Under the pieces are notes generated by a model. That model was not told the DNA's origin, searched no databases, and was given only the letters and a program-made list of their open reading frames with translations. Shown piece after piece: positions 63,725 to 64,000 of a DNA stretch of 64,000 nt (positions within the stretch are counted from its first letter, which is position 1; every line of letters starts with the position of its first letter). The position numbers and the translations under genes were made by a program. Origin of the DNA: Victivallales bacterium (GTDB lineage: Bacteria; Verrucomicrobiota; Lentisphaeria; Victivallales; UBA1829); contig JAZNPK010000010.1 in the NCBI GenBank assembly GCA_045589595.1, forward strand, positions 66,190 to 130,189, read 5' to 3'.

Positions 63725-64000
63725 TCAAACAGTTTTTTCTGCTTCGTAAATGGAGCAGTCTTCTTCCTTCAATGTGCTGCTGAGAAATTCAGTTACTTCT
63801 TCCCGGTTGAATGGTACTGAAATATCATCCCATAAGGCAAATTTTGCGTCTGCATATTGGATGTAAATATTTTCTCTAAAAATCAGACTGTTTTCCGGAG
63901 GAACAGGGGGGAAGTGTTTATAGATAACGCCATGAGTGAATTGAAAAATGTTTTTTTCAGTCAGATAATTTTCTGTTTCGTCTGCTTTTTTCATAAAACT
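63725..64000 (-). CDS. C-terminal part of a second beta-helix protein (paralogue of 22865-24244); gene continues beyond the right edge
   Basis: ...ENYLTEKNIFQFTHGVIYKH...LIFRENIYIQYADAKFALWDD...EEVTEFLSSTL aligns with ...ENYRTENNIFERSTGYIYYH...LQFRGNTYIQHADGQFAMWGQ...AEEFLERVL of the first gene. No stop codon lies between 63994 and the window edge. Confidence 0.6.
   Translation of the reverse strand, partial: SFMKKADETENYLTEKNIFQFTHGVIYKHFPPVPPENSLIFRENIYIQYADAKFALWDDISVPFNREEVTEFLSSTLKEEDCSIYEAEKTV

Overview
64-kb chromosomal window from a diderm bacterium. By eye the core is about 55% GC. The gene content looks PVC/Lentisphaerota-like, but that is only a guess.

Left third: rho with a long N-terminal extension (AT-hook plus N/Q-rich tract), coaE, a Nudix hydrolase, a PAS histidine kinase with a sigma54 NtrC-type regulator, and a HIT protein. 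A roughly 16-kb glycan-utilisation locus follows. It holds three tandem secreted SGNH esterase paralogues with RHH-like tails, GH39-like and GH28 hydrolases, two BNR/sialidase-like propellers, an oxidoreductase, a sugar-phosphate isomerase and a beta-helix protein.

Middle (about 24.3-37.1 kb): a lower-GC accessory mosaic that ends at tRNA-Val.
- Gene remnants: a Sel1 gene, a recombinase-type tail present twice, an MBOAT gene, and a frameshifted Avd-like four-helix-bundle gene.
- A 30-unit CAAG microsatellite inside a leader ORF upstream of a DUF2971-like gene.
- An FGE/C-lectin lipoprotein whose last ~100 nt look like a DGR variable region.
- A two-gene radical-SAM cassette flanked by 30-bp direct repeats.
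- Several repeat families, including unusual arrays of [7-nt motif + unique hairpin].

Right third: housekeeping genes (aspS, eda, gmhB, tilS, trx, tRNA-Glu, FKBP, two glutamine synthetases). It also holds a translationally coupled four-gene operon, HlyD / X-HlyD / RRE-like-M50 protease-HlyD / CapA, with no transporter partner.

I saw no rRNA, CRISPR array, intact transposase, integrase or reverse transcriptase. All family assignments rest on motifs I read in the translations. No database search was run.
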